From Escherichia phage mEp460_ev081: a stretch of 45,865 nucleotides of DNA. Below the pieces are notes generated by a model. That model saw only the letters and a program-made list of their open reading frames with translations, made no database searches and was not told where the DNA came from. The position numbers were made by a program, and so were the translations under genes. Positions 1 through 9,516 of this stretch are shown piece by piece; within the stretch, counting starts at the first letter, position 1; the number at the start of each line of letters is the position of its first letter. The stretch is taken from sequence record LR597641; one strand, given 5' to 3'.

Positions 1-25
1 ATGTTTAAAACATTCTGGAGCGGGT

Positions 26-520
26 ATGGATCGAGAGTTAAAAAATCTGACGCTGAATATCAGTCAATTGGCGGCACTGTCAGGTGTACATCGCCAGACT
101 GCTGCGGCAAGGCTGCAAAATCTACCCGTTGCAGGGGGGCATGAAAGCAACCTCAAGCTTTATCGGGTGGTTGATATTGTGTCGGCATTTCTGGCATTAC
201 CACCGCCGGTTGCAGAAGGCGAAATGGACGCACATGAGCGCAAAGCCTGGTATCAGTCTGAACGTGAGCGTCTTAAGTTCGAACAGGAAACGGCACAACT
301 CATTCCGGCCAGTGATGTCAGACGGGAGTTTGCCATCTGGGCAAAAGCGGTCGTGCAGGTGCTGGAGACATTACCGGATATTCTTGAACGTGACTGCGGT
401 CTGCAGCCTGCCGCTGTGAGCCGTGTTCAGTCCATTATTGATGATCTGCGCGATCAGGTAGCCCTGCGGGTGACTGAAGCAGGTGCGGATGATGAGGAGG
501 AATTACAGCAGGAGGAGTAA
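26..520 (+). CDS. Terminase small subunit (Nu1/NohQ-like DNA-packaging protein)
   Basis: 164-aa ORF directly upstream of and overlapping (TAATG) the GpA-type large terminase; N-terminal HTH-like segment; lies just downstream of the cos-like site when the window is circularised. Sequence similarity to lambda Nu1 is weak, so the call rests mainly on position. Confidence 0.7.
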   Translation: MDRELKNLTLNISQLAALSGVHRQTAAARLQNLPVAGGHESNLKLYRVVDIVSAFLALPPPVAEGEMDAHERKAWYQSERERLKFEQETAQLIPASDVRREFAIWAKAVVQVLETLPDILERDCGLQPAAVSRVQSIIDDLRDQVALRVTEAGADDEEELQQEE

Positions 521-2622
521 TGCTGAATCAGGAAACCGCAAAGGCAGCACGAACCGATTCAGGTTATATCCTTCGCGCACCGAGACGAATGCGGGTTGCT
601 GATGCCGTTGCTCAGTATATGCGGGTGCCCATGGGGGCAGGGAACTCAGTCCCATGGGATCCGCTGGTGGCACCGTATGTTATTGAGCCTATGAACTGCC
701 TGGCCTCGCGTGAATACGACGCAGTGATATTTGTTGGCCCGGCACGAACCGGCAAGACTATCGGCCTGATTGACGGCTGGGTGATTTACAACGTGATTTG
801 CGATCCTGCTGATATGCTGATCATTCAGATGACGGAGGAAAAAGCCCGCGAACACTCCAAAAAACGACTCGCCAGAACGTTTCGCGTCAGCCCGGAAGTG
901 GTCAGTCGCCTGAGTCCGAACAAAAATGACAACAACGTTTATGACAGAACATTCCTTGCTGGCAACTACCTGAAAATCGGCTGGCCGTCAGTCAATATCA
1001 TGTCTTCATCAGATTATAAATGCGTGGCGCTGACGGATTATGACCGTTTTCCGGAAGATATTGATGGTGAGGGGGATGCCTTCTCTCTTGCCTCAAAACG
1101 TACCACCACATTTATGTCCAGTGGTATGACGCTGGTGGAGAGTTCCCCCGGCAGGGATGTGAAGGATGTGAAATGGCGACGGACTTCACCGCATGAGGCT
1201 CCACCAACCACGGGGATCCTGTCGCTCTATAACCGTGGCGATCGCCGTCGCTGGTACTGGCCCTGTCCACACTGTGGTGAGTATTTTCAGCCCTGCGGCG
1301 ATGTGGTTGCTGGTTTCCGTGATATTGCCGATCCTGTGCTGGCAAGTGAGGCGGCTTATATTCAGTGTCCTTCCTGTTCAGGACGGATTTTGCCTGAACA
1401 AAAACGCGAGCTGAACGGACGTGGGGTCTGGTTACGGGATGGTGAATCCATCAATGCAGATGGCAGTCGTTATGGTGATCCCCGGCGTTCACGTATTGCG
1501 TCATTCTGGATGGAGGGTCCGGCAGCTGCTTATCAGACACTCTCGCAACTCGTTTACAAACTGCTTACTGCAGAACAGGAATACGAGACAACCGGAAGTG
1601 AAGAGACACTCAAGACGGTTATCAATACCGACTGGGGATTACCTTATCTTCCCCGCGCCAGCATGGAGCAACGAAAAAGTGAATTGCTTGAGCAGCGGGC
1701 AGAGCCAGTTCCTTCCCGCAGTGTGCCGGATGGCGTTAATTTCCTTGTGGCGACAGTGGATGTGCAGGCGGGACGTCATCGCCGTTTTGTGGTTCAGGTA
1801 ACGGGCTATGGCAGCCGTGGCGAACGCTGGATTATTGATCGTTACAACATCACGCAGTCATTGCGCGGTGACAGCGACGGGGAGAGCCAGCGAATTGATC
1901 CGGCCAGCTATCCGGAAGACTGGGATGTCCTGCTGACGGATGTTTTTCATAAAAGCTGGCCGCTGGCCTCCGACCCTTCTCAACAAATGCGACTGATGGC
2001 AATGGCGGTGGACTCCGGCGGTGAAGACGGGGTCACTGATAATGCCTATAAATTCTGGCGTCGTTGCCGTCGTGATGGCCTTGGTAAACGTATTTACCTG
2101 TTTAAGGGCGACAGCATCCGGCGAGCAAAACTGATCACCCGTACATTCCCTGATAACACCGGACGAACGGGCCGACGGGCGCAGGCCGCAGGTGATGTGC
2201 CGCTCTGGCTTCTTCAGACGGATGCCCTGAAAGACCGGGTGAATAACGCGTTATGGCGTGACTCGCTAGGTCCCGGCTATGTGCATTTCCCTGACTGGCT
2301 GGGGAGCTGGTTTTACGACGAACTGACGTATGAAGAGCGGAGCAGTGACGGGAAATGGAGTAAGCCGGGTCGCGGTGCCAACGAAGCTTTTGACCTGATG
2401 GTGTATGCCGAGGCTCTGGTCATTCTGCATGGATACGAAAAGATCCGCTGGCCGGATGCACCGGAGTGGGCGAGCCGGGAAACCTGGCTGGAGTGTGTCC
2501 CGGACAGTACCGAACCGTCACCCTCACCGGAACCGGTACCCACGCCTGTTAAAAAACAAAAACGGAAGAAAACAGTAACTGACGATGTTAACCCCTGGCT
2601 GACTTCCGGAGGATGGTTATGA
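520..2622 (+). CDS. Terminase large subunit (lambda GpA family)
   Basis: 700-aa ORF with a Walker-A-like GPARTGKT motif and Cys-rich zinc-ribbon-like segment (CPHCGEYF...CPSCSG), typical of GpA-type terminases; position after the small subunit. Confidence 0.9.
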   Translation: MLNQETAKAARTDSGYILRAPRRMRVADAVAQYMRVPMGAGNSVPWDPLVAPYVIEPMNCLASREYDAVIFVGPARTGKTIGLIDGWVIYNVICDPADMLIIQMTEEKAREHSKKRLARTFRVSPEVVSRLSPNKNDNNVYDRTFLAGNYLKIGWPSVNIMSSSDYKCVALTDYDRFPEDIDGEGDAFSLASKRTTTFMSSGMTLVESSPGRDVKDVKWRRTSPHEAPPTTGILSLYNRGDRRRWYWPCPHCGEYFQPCGDVVAGFRDIADPVLASEAAYIQCPSCSGRILPEQKRELNGRGVWLRDGESINADGSRYGDPRRSRIASFWMEGPAAAYQTLSQLVYKLLTAEQEYETTGSEETLKTVINTDWGLPYLPRASMEQRKSELLEQRAEPVPSRSVPDGVNFLVATVDVQAGRHRRFVVQVTGYGSRGERWIIDRYNITQSLRGDSDGESQRIDPASYPEDWDVLLTDVFHKSWPLASDPSQQMRLMAMAVDSGGEDGVTDNAYKFWRRCRRDGLGKRIYLFKGDSIRRAKLITRTFPDNTGRTGRRAQAAGDVPLWLLQTDALKDRVNNALWRDSLGPGYVHFPDWLGSWFYDELTYEERSSDGKWSKPGRGANEAFDLMVYAEALVILHGYEKIRWPDAPEWASRETWLECVPDSTEPSPSPEPVPTPVKKQKRKKTVTDDVNPWLTSGGWL

Positions 2623-2831
2623 ATCAGAATGATATTGAAGCCATGATTCAGCGTTATACGGAAGCTGAAATGGCGGTGCTGGACGGAAAATCCGTCACTT
2701 TTAATGGTCAGCAGATGACCATGGAAAACTTATCTGAGATCCGGCAGGGGCGGCAGGAGTGGGAGCGCCGCCTTGCGGCTCTGATTACACGACGACGGGG
2801 GCATCCCGGGTACCGGCTGGCGAGGTTCTGA
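2613..2831 (+). CDS. Head-tail joining protein (gpW-like)
   Basis: 72-aa ORF between terminase and portal; C-terminal RRRGHPGYR resembles the C-terminus of lambda gpW as I recall it; start may be the ATG at 2619. Confidence 0.7.
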   Translation: MVMNQNDIEAMIQRYTEAEMAVLDGKSVTFNGQQMTMENLSEIRQGRQEWERRLAALITRRRGHPGYRLARF

Positions 2832-4339
2832 TGGCAATTCTTGATGATGTGATTGGCGTTTTTTCACCAGGATGGAAAGCGGCAAGGCTGCGTTCCCGTG
2901 CGGTGATCCAGGCTTATGAGGCCGTAAAAACGACGCGGACACACAAAGCCCGACGGGAGAACCGAACTGCCGACCAGTTAAGCCAGTACGGGGCCGTGTC
3001 GTTACGTGAGCAGGCTCGTTACCTTGATAACAACCACGATCTGGTCATTGGTGTATTTGACAAGCTGGAAGAACGGGTGGTGGGGAAAAACGGGATTATT
3101 GTCGAGCCACATCCGGTATTACGCAATGGGGCCATTGCCCGTGATCTGGCAGCGGAGATACGTACCCGATGGAGTGAATGGTCTGTCAGTCCGGAGGTCA
3201 CCGGGCAGTTTACCCGTCCGATGCTGGAACGTCTGATGCTGCGTACCTGGCTGCGCGATGGTGAGGTGTTTGCCCAGATGGTTTCCGGGCGCATAAACAG
3301 CCTGACGCCTTCTGCCGGTGTTCATTTCTGGCTGGAGGCGCTCGAGCCGGACTTTATTCCCATGACCAGTGATGAGAGCAACAGGCTGAATCAGGGCGTG
3401 TTTGTTGATGACTGGGGGCGTCCCGAAAAATATCTGGTGTATAAAAGCCGTCCCGTATCCGGGCGGCAGATGGAAACCAAAGAAGTGGATGCAGAGCGAA
3501 TGCTGCATCTTAAATTTGTTCGCCGTCTGCACCAGATGCGCGGGACGTCTTTGTTGTCCGGTGTGCTGATCCGCCTCAGTGCTCTGAAAGAGTATGAAGA
3601 TTCTGAGCTGACTGCAGCAAGGATCGCCGCTGCTCTGGGGATGTACATCCGGAAAGGCGACGGACAGAGCTATGAAACGGATGGTAATGACAGCAAGGAG
3701 AATGAACGCGAGCTTACCATTCAGCCAGGCATTATTTACGACGATCTGAAACCCGGCGAAGAAATCGGAATGGTGAAGTCGGATCGCCCCAATCCTAACC
3801 TTGAAACTTTTCGTAATGGTCAGTTGCGTGCCGTGGCTGCGGGCAGTCGTCTGAGTTTTTCCAGTACAGCGCGCAACTATAACGGCACTTACAGCGCCCA
3901 GCGTCAGGAGCTGGTTGAATCTACTGATGGCTACCTGATCCTGCAGGACTGGTTTATTGGTGCCGTCACCCGCCCGATGTACCGTGCCTGGCTGAAACAG
4001 GCTGTGGTATCCGGTGTTATCAGGCTACCCCGCGATCTGGACCGATCTTCACTGTATACCGCGGTGTATTCCGGACCGGTGATGCCGTGGATTGACCCTG
4101 TTAAGGAGGCTGAGGCCTGGAAAATTCAGATTCGTGGTGGAGCGGCGACAGAATCAGACTGGGTACGTGCAGGTGGTCGTAATCCAGATGATGTCAAACG
4201 TCGGCGCAAGGCCGAAATTGATGAAAACCGCAAGCTGGATCTGGTATTTGATACCGATCCGGCCAGTGATAAAGGAGGCAGCAGTGCCGCAACGAAACGA
4301 CAGGAGCCGCAGCACACCGACGACCAGTCCGAAGAATAA
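2831..4339 (+). CDS. Portal protein (lambda gpB family)
   Basis: About 500-aa ORF; chosen start MAILDDVIGVF at an in-frame ATG immediately after the gpW stop; canonical position between W and the protease/capsid gene. Confidence 0.9.
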   Translation: MAILDDVIGVFSPGWKAARLRSRAVIQAYEAVKTTRTHKARRENRTADQLSQYGAVSLREQARYLDNNHDLVIGVFDKLEERVVGKNGIIVEPHPVLRNGAIARDLAAEIRTRWSEWSVSPEVTGQFTRPMLERLMLRTWLRDGEVFAQMVSGRINSLTPSAGVHFWLEALEPDFIPMTSDESNRLNQGVFVDDWGRPEKYLVYKSRPVSGRQMETKEVDAERMLHLKFVRRLHQMRGTSLLSGVLIRLSALKEYEDSELTAARIAAALGMYIRKGDGQSYETDGNDSKENERELTIQPGIIYDDLKPGEEIGMVKSDRPNPNLETFRNGQLRAVAAGSRLSFSSTARNYNGTYSAQRQELVESTDGYLILQDWFIGAVTRPMYRAWLKQAVVSGVIRLPRDLDRSSLYTAVYSGPVMPWIDPVKEAEAWKIQIRGGAATESDWVRAGGRNPDDVKRRRKAEIDENRKLDLVFDTDPASDKGGSSAATKRQEPQHTDDQSEE

Positions 4340-4352
4340 TTCTTGGTTCAGG

Positions 4353-6311
4353 ATGCAGGCAGGTCACCAGAGTGACGCGGATATTTATATTTATGACGAG
4401 ATTGGTTTCTGGGGTGTTACGGCGAAGCAGTTTATCAGTGATCTGAATGCACTGGGCGATATCACCCACATTAATCTCCATATTAATTCACCGGGTGGCG
4501 ATGTCTTTGAAGGCATCGCCATTTTTAATGCACTGAAAACACATGGTGCGTCCATTACCGTTTATGTCGACGGTGTGGCGGCGTCAATGGCGTCGGTCAT
4601 TGCGATGGTGGGAAACCCGGTCATTATGCCGGAAAACTCCTTCATGATGATTCATAAACCATTTGGCTTTACGGGCGGTGATGCGGAGGACATGCGCACC
4701 TATGCCGACCTGCTCGATAAAGTTGAGGCGGTTCTGTTACCCGCTTATGCACAGAAAACCGGGAAAACCACCGATGAAATTGCTGCCATGCTGGCGGATG
4801 AGACCTGGATGTCCGGTGCCGAATGTCTGGCACAGGGATTTGCTGATCAGGTGACACCAGCCGTTAAGGCAATGGCATGTATTCAGTCAAAACGTACAGA
4901 GGAATTTAAAAAGATGCCGGAATCCATTCGAAATATGATTACTCCGCCACGCAACAGTGCTCCACGCGTACAGGATGATGGACCTGCAGCCTCCCGGACG
5001 CCAGTGCAGGCAGCAGCACCCGTGGTGGATGAAAACAGCATCCGTGCGCAGGTCCTGGCAGAGCAAAAAGCGCGTGTAAACGGTATTAATGATCTGTTTG
5101 CCATGTTTGGCGGGCGTTATCAGTCGTTGCAGGCTCAGTGTCTTGCCGATCCTGAATGTTCGCTGGAGCAGGCCCGCGAAAAGCTGTTGAACGAGATGGG
5201 GCGCGAGTCCACGCCATCCAATAAAAATACCCCGGCTCATATTTATGCCGGTAACGGTAATTTTGTGGGGGACGGGATCCGCCAGGCGCTGATGGCGCGC
5301 GCCGGGTTTGAAAAAACTGAACGTGATAATGTCTACAACGGGATGACCCTGCGTGAATATGCCCGTATGTCACTGACTGAACGTGGTATTGGTGTTTCCA
5401 GTTATAACCCGATGCAGATGGTCGGTGCGGCGTTCACACACAGTACGTCTGACTTCGGTAATATTCTGCTGGATGTTGCGAACAAAGCCATTCTGCAGGG
5501 CTGGGAAGATGCCCCTGAAACCTATGAACAGTGGACGCGGAAAGGTCAGTTGTCTGATTTTAAAATTGCCCATCGTGTGGGTATGGGGGGCTTCAGTGCT
5601 CTGCGTCAGGTGCGTGAAGGGGCAGAATATAAATACGTCACCACCGGAGATAAACAGGCCACTATTGCACTGGCGACCTATGGCGAGCTGTTCAGTATCA
5701 CCCGTCAGGCCATTATCAATGATGATCTGAATATGCTGACCGATGTCCCGATGAAGCTGGGCCGTGCGGCGAAATCCACTATTGCCGATCTGGTTTATGC
5801 CATTCTGACGTCTAACCCGAAAATCTCCACAGATAATGTAAGTCTGTTCGATAAAGCGAAACATGCAAACGTACTGGAGAGCGCGGCAATGGACGTGGCA
5901 TCGCTGGATAAAGCCCGCCAGTTGATGCGCGTTCAGAAAGAGGGTGAGCGTCATCTGAATATTCGTCCTGCGTTCGTACTGGTACCGACGGCGATGGAGT
6001 CTGTTGCTAACCAGGTCATTCGCTCCTCAAGTGTCAAGGGGGCTGACATTAACGCCGGTATTATTAACCCGGTGAAAGATTTTGCGACCGTTATTGCAGA
6101 GCCTCGTCTTGATGATAACAGCCAGACCACCTTCTACCTGGCTGCGTCCAAAGGCTCCGATACGATTGAAGTGGCTTATCTCAACGGTGTGGATACGCCA
6201 TATATTGATCAGATGGAGGGCTTCAGTGTGGATGGCGTGACAACGAAAGTGCGTATTGACGCTGGTGTTGCGCCAGTTGATCACCGCGGCCTGGTGAAAT
6301 GTACGGCGTAA
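4353..6311 (+). CDS. Prohead protease (ClpP/S49-like) fused to HK97-fold major capsid protein
   Basis: Single uninterrupted reading frame; the N-terminal part has a ClpP/S49-like segment (INSPGGDVFEGIAIFNALK...ASMASVIAMVG), and the C-terminal approx. 350 aa look like a major capsid protein. Start set at the first ATG after the portal stop. Confidence 0.8.
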   Translation: MQAGHQSDADIYIYDEIGFWGVTAKQFISDLNALGDITHINLHINSPGGDVFEGIAIFNALKTHGASITVYVDGVAASMASVIAMVGNPVIMPENSFMMIHKPFGFTGGDAEDMRTYADLLDKVEAVLLPAYAQKTGKTTDEIAAMLADETWMSGAECLAQGFADQVTPAVKAMACIQSKRTEEFKKMPESIRNMITPPRNSAPRVQDDGPAASRTPVQAAAPVVDENSIRAQVLAEQKARVNGINDLFAMFGGRYQSLQAQCLADPECSLEQAREKLLNEMGRESTPSNKNTPAHIYAGNGNFVGDGIRQALMARAGFEKTERDNVYNGMTLREYARMSLTERGIGVSSYNPMQMVGAAFTHSTSDFGNILLDVANKAILQGWEDAPETYEQWTRKGQLSDFKIAHRVGMGGFSALRQVREGAEYKYVTTGDKQATIALATYGELFSITRQAIINDDLNMLTDVPMKLGRAAKSTIADLVYAILTSNPKISTDNVSLFDKAKHANVLESAAMDVASLDKARQLMRVQKEGERHLNIRPAFVLVPTAMESVANQVIRSSSVKGADINAGIINPVKDFATVIAEPRLDDNSQTTFYLAASKGSDTIEVAYLNGVDTPYIDQMEGFSVDGVTTKVRIDAGVAPVDHRGLVKCTA

Positions 6312-6333
6312 ACGTCGCAGACAACAACTCTGA

Positions 6334-6355
6334 TGGCCCGTAAGGGCTTTTTTTG
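6334..6355 (+). terminator. Rho-independent terminator after the capsid gene
   Basis: GC stem (ggcccgtaagggc) followed by a T-run immediately after the capsid stop codon. Confidence 0.5.
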
Positions 6356-6397
6356 TACCTGAAATCAGCCCCTGAACGGGGCTGTGCGGAGACAGTT

Positions 6398-6721
6398 ATG
6401 GCAAAGAATTTTGTAGAAGAAGGAAAAACGGTGGCGATTGTTGCCAGTGCAGCCATCAGCAGCGGAGATCTGGTGCAGGTGGGTGATGTTTTTGCGGTGG
6501 CGCTGACCGATATTCCACAGGGAGAAACAGGCGACGGCATAACCGAAGGTGTGTTTATGCTGCCTAAGCTGAAAACGGATGACATGAAAACGGGTAAGAA
6601 GGTTTATCTGAAGTCAGGAAAAGTTCAGCTGACTAACAGCGGCTCTGATCCGCTGGTCGGGGTTGTATGGGCAGATGCCGGAACCAGTGCAGAAGAAGTG
6701 CCGGTAAAACTCAATGTCTGA
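6398..6721 (+). CDS. Small head-associated protein (possible decoration/DUF2190-like)
   Basis: 107-aa ORF directly downstream of the capsid gene; function inferred from position only. Confidence 0.45.
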   Translation: MAKNFVEEGKTVAIVASAAISSGDLVQVGDVFAVALTDIPQGETGDGITEGVFMLPKLKTDDMKTGKKVYLKSGKVQLTNSGSDPLVGVVWADAGTSAEEVPVKLNV

Positions 6722-6989
6722 TCCCTTTTCCCGGCTGGCAGCGCGTATGGATGCGATCACGGTCAGAAAGATGGGAAAGACAGCCTCGATTAATGATGTC
6801 GATATGACTGTGATCCCGGGAGAAACACTGGCAGAGCTGAATGCTCTGTCCGGACCTGCGGTCTCTCTGGTGGTGTTTTCTTCGGGATACCGCCCACGGC
6901 GCGGGGATCGCGTTGTTTATGACGGACAACAATGGACGGTCACACGGCATGAACGTTTTAACGGTAAGCCAATGATCTTTATTGAGTAA
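6714..6989 (+). CDS. Head-tail joining / head completion protein (gpFII-like)
   Basis: 91-aa ORF in the FII position; C-terminal RRGDRVVYDGQQWTV resembles the gpFII RRGDTL...W motif as recalled. Confidence 0.55.
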   Translation: MSDPFSRLAARMDAITVRKMGKTASINDVDMTVIPGETLAELNALSGPAVSLVVFSSGYRPRRGDRVVYDGQQWTVTRHERFNGKPMIFIE

Positions 6990-7000
6990 AGAGGTGTGGG

Positions 7001-7579
7001 ATGAAGGGGCTTGAGAATGCCATCCGCAATCTGAACAGCCTTGATACCCGTATGGTGCCGCAGGCCAGCGCATGGGCGATAAACCGTGTGGCACAGAAAG
7101 CGGTCTCGGTTGCCACCCGGCAGGTTGCCGGGAATACCGTTGCGGGAGATAACCAGGTGAAAGGGATCCCCCTGAAACTGGTACGTCAGCGTGTCCGGGT
7201 GTTTAAAGCCAGTCCGTCAGGAAAAATGACGGCCAGGATCCGCGTTAACCGGGGCAATCTGCCCGCCATTAAGCTAGGGACAGCCCGGGTCAGACTGGCC
7301 CGGCGTGGTGGAAAACTGCAGTACCGTGGCAGTGTGCTGAAGGTGGGTAAATATCTTTTCCGGGATGCGTTTATTCAGCAACTGGCGAATGGTCGCTGGC
7401 ATGTGATGCGACGTATTGATGGCAAAAATCGTTACCCCATTGATGTGGTGAAAATCCCGCTGTCCGGACCGCTGACACAGGCATTTGAAGATGCCCGCGA
7501 CCACATCATTGCTGCGGAAATGCCGAAACAGCTGGGGTATGCACTGAAACAACAACTGAGGTTATGGCTGACCCGATGA
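7001..7579 (+). CDS. Minor tail protein Z
   Basis: 192 aa, same length as lambda gpZ, with clear similarity (e.g. FIQQLANGRWHVMRRIDGKNRYPIDVVKIP). Confidence 0.85.
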   Translation: MKGLENAIRNLNSLDTRMVPQASAWAINRVAQKAVSVATRQVAGNTVAGDNQVKGIPLKLVRQRVRVFKASPSGKMTARIRVNRGNLPAIKLGTARVRLARRGGKLQYRGSVLKVGKYLFRDAFIQQLANGRWHVMRRIDGKNRYPIDVVKIPLSGPLTQAFEDARDHIIAAEMPKQLGYALKQQLRLWLTR

Positions 7580-7977
7580 ACCGACATACACAAATCCGCC
7601 AGGCCGTACTGGCACGCCTTCGGGAACAGTGTGGAGACAGCGCCACGTTTTTTGACGGGCTTCCGGCATTTATTGATGCGCAGGAACTGCCTGCCGTGGC
7701 GGTGTGGCTGAGTGATGCTCAGTACACCGGAAAAATGACGGATGAAGATGACTGGCAGGCTGTTCTGCATATTGCCGTCTTCATCCGGGCACAGGCACCG
7801 GATTCAGAGCTGGATATGTGGATGGAGAGCACCATTTTCCCTGCCCTGAATGATATACCGGCACTTTCCGGACTCATCGACACCCTGATCCCACTCGGTT
7901 TTAACTATCAACGTGATAATGAGATGGCCACCTGGGCGATGGCGGAAATCACGTACCAGATCACGTACACGAATTAA
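7564..7977 (+). CDS. Tail terminator protein U
   Basis: 137 aa; similarity to lambda gpU (ATFFDG...AVAVWL...YTG...LHI.VF...PDSELDMWMES); overlaps the Z stop. Confidence 0.85.
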   Translation: MADPMNRHTQIRQAVLARLREQCGDSATFFDGLPAFIDAQELPAVAVWLSDAQYTGKMTDEDDWQAVLHIAVFIRAQAPDSELDMWMESTIFPALNDIPALSGLIDTLIPLGFNYQRDNEMATWAMAEITYQITYTN

Positions 7978-7987
7978 GGAGGTGGTA

Positions 7988-8731
7988 ATGACCACACCAA
8001 ATCCACTGGCAAAGACGAAAGGTGCGGGGACGACGTTCTGGATGTATACCGGCAACGGCGATGCGTTTGCGAACCCTTTGTCGGACACTGACTGGCTGCG
8101 TCTTGCGATGGTGAAGGATCTGCAACCTGGCGAAATGACCGCTGATGCAGAAGATGACACTTATCTCGATGATGAAGATGCAGACTGGAAAACGACAACC
8201 CAGGGGCAGAAATCCGTTGGTGATACTTCGGCGACGCTGGCCTGGCGTCCGGGTGACAGCGGGCAGAAAAAACTGGTTCAGTTGTTCGACTCCGGTGAAG
8301 TCTGCGCGTTTCGTATCAAATATCCCAACGGCACTGTTGATGTTTTCCGTGGCTGGCTGAGCTCACTGGGTAAAACCATTGCCTCAAAAGACGTGATGAC
8401 CCGCACTGTGAAAATCAGCGGTGTGGGGCGTCCGTATCTGGCAGAGGAAGGCACTGAAACCGTGAGCGTTACCGGGCTGACAGTATCACCGGCGTCTGCC
8501 AGTGTAAAAGTGGGAGCAACCACCACGCTGACCTTTACAGTAAAACCTGACGGAGCCAGTGACAAAGCGATCAGTGTGCATTCGTCAGATCCACAGACTG
8601 CCACGGTTACCCTGAACGGACTTGTGGCCACGGTAAAAGGCGTGAAGCAGGGCAGTGTCAGCATTGTGGGCATGACCGCTGACGGGAATTTTGTGGCTGT
8701 GACTGCGGTGACTGTCAGCGCAGCAGGTTAA
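7988..8731 (+). CDS. Major tail protein V with C-terminal Ig-like domain
   Basis: Strong similarity to lambda gpV (KGAGTTFWMY...NPLSD.DW...DLQPGE...YLDDEDADW); start ATG preceded by aaggagg RBS. Confidence 0.9.
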   Translation: MTTPNPLAKTKGAGTTFWMYTGNGDAFANPLSDTDWLRLAMVKDLQPGEMTADAEDDTYLDDEDADWKTTTQGQKSVGDTSATLAWRPGDSGQKKLVQLFDSGEVCAFRIKYPNGTVDVFRGWLSSLGKTIASKDVMTRTVKISGVGRPYLAEEGTETVSVTGLTVSPASASVKVGATTTLTFTVKPDGASDKAISVHSSDPQTATVTLNGLVATVKGVKQGSVSIVGMTADGNFVAVTAVTVSAAG

Positions 8732-8751
8732 CAGGACGATACTCATCATTT

Positions 8752-8776
8752 GCCCCGGTTATGCGGGGCTTTTTTG
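8752..8776 (+). terminator. Attenuating terminator between V and G
   Basis: gccccggttatgcggggc hairpin followed by a T-run just upstream of the G start. Confidence 0.45.
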
Positions 8777-8788
8777 CAGGTGGAGAAC

Positions 8789-9178
8789 ATGATGTTTCTG
8801 AAACAGGACACGTTTAATTATGAAAAACAGTCCGTGGTGCTCAGTGAGCTGTCCGGGCTGCAGAGAATTGAATATCTGACGTTTGTTCAGCAGCGAACGG
8901 CAAAGTTTGATGCCGGGGAGGGAGAACTGCCGGAGGCTGAACGACAGATTGCTTTTCTGCGGATGGGGATGGATATCAATGCCTGGCTGGTTTCCCGCTC
9001 ACTGTGGAATGCGGATCAGTCTAAGGATGTAGAGACGCTTTGCGCATCCGTTATTACAACATGGTCGTATGATGCCCTAGGTGCGGGGGCGGAGATGGTT
9101 CTGTCGCTGAGCGGTATGGGGGCCATTGATAATGCCGTGGATGATGAGCATGAGGCGCTGACGCCGGAAAAGTCCTGA
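8789..9178 (+). CDS. Tail assembly chaperone G
   Basis: Similarity to lambda gpG (MFLK...VLSELSGLQRIE); position upstream of the tape measure gene. Confidence 0.85.
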   Translation: MMFLKQDTFNYEKQSVVLSELSGLQRIEYLTFVQQRTAKFDAGEGELPEAERQIAFLRMGMDINAWLVSRSLWNADQSKDVETLCASVITTWSYDALGAGAEMVLSLSGMGAIDNAVDDEHEALTPEKS

Positions 9179-9186
9179 CGCGGGAA

Positions 9187-9516
9187 ATGCAGTTTGTCAT
9201 GCGGCTTGCCCGGGAGTTCCGGCGGGCAGACTGGCGGCGGATGCTGTCGGAAATGTCGGCCACTGAGCTTGGTGAGTGGGGCGATTATTTCCGGATGCAG
9301 AGCTTCAGTGATGTGTGGATGGATGCGCAGTTTGCCTCGCTGAAGGCATTGATCGTGAGAATGGTGTCCGGCAGCAGTGATGCTGCGGTGGCTGATTTCA
9401 GCCTTTTACCGGAAGAGAACGGGATACCGGAGCGAACGGACGAAGAACTGATGCATCTTGGGGAAGGTATTTCCGGAGGTGTGCGTTATGGACCAGATAG
9501 CCAACCTGGTCATTGA
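9187..9516 (+). CDS. Tail assembly protein T segment (expressed as G-T fusion by -1 frameshift)
   Basis: -1 frame relative to G is open from about 9154 and overlaps the 3' end of G; a GGAAAAG heptamer at 9166-9172 is the candidate slip site. Coordinates are the first-ATG ORF; the true T segment begins at the slip site. Confidence 0.65.
   Translation: MQFVMRLAREFRRADWRRMLSEMSATELGEWGDYFRMQSFSDVWMDAQFASLKALIVRMVSGSSDAAVADFSLLPEENGIPERTDEELMHLGEGISGGVRYGPDSQPGH

Noticed and set aside
5370-5954. 194-aa minus-strand ORF inside the capsid gene
   Set aside because: Antisense to the capsid domain, no RBS, Cys/Arg-rich.
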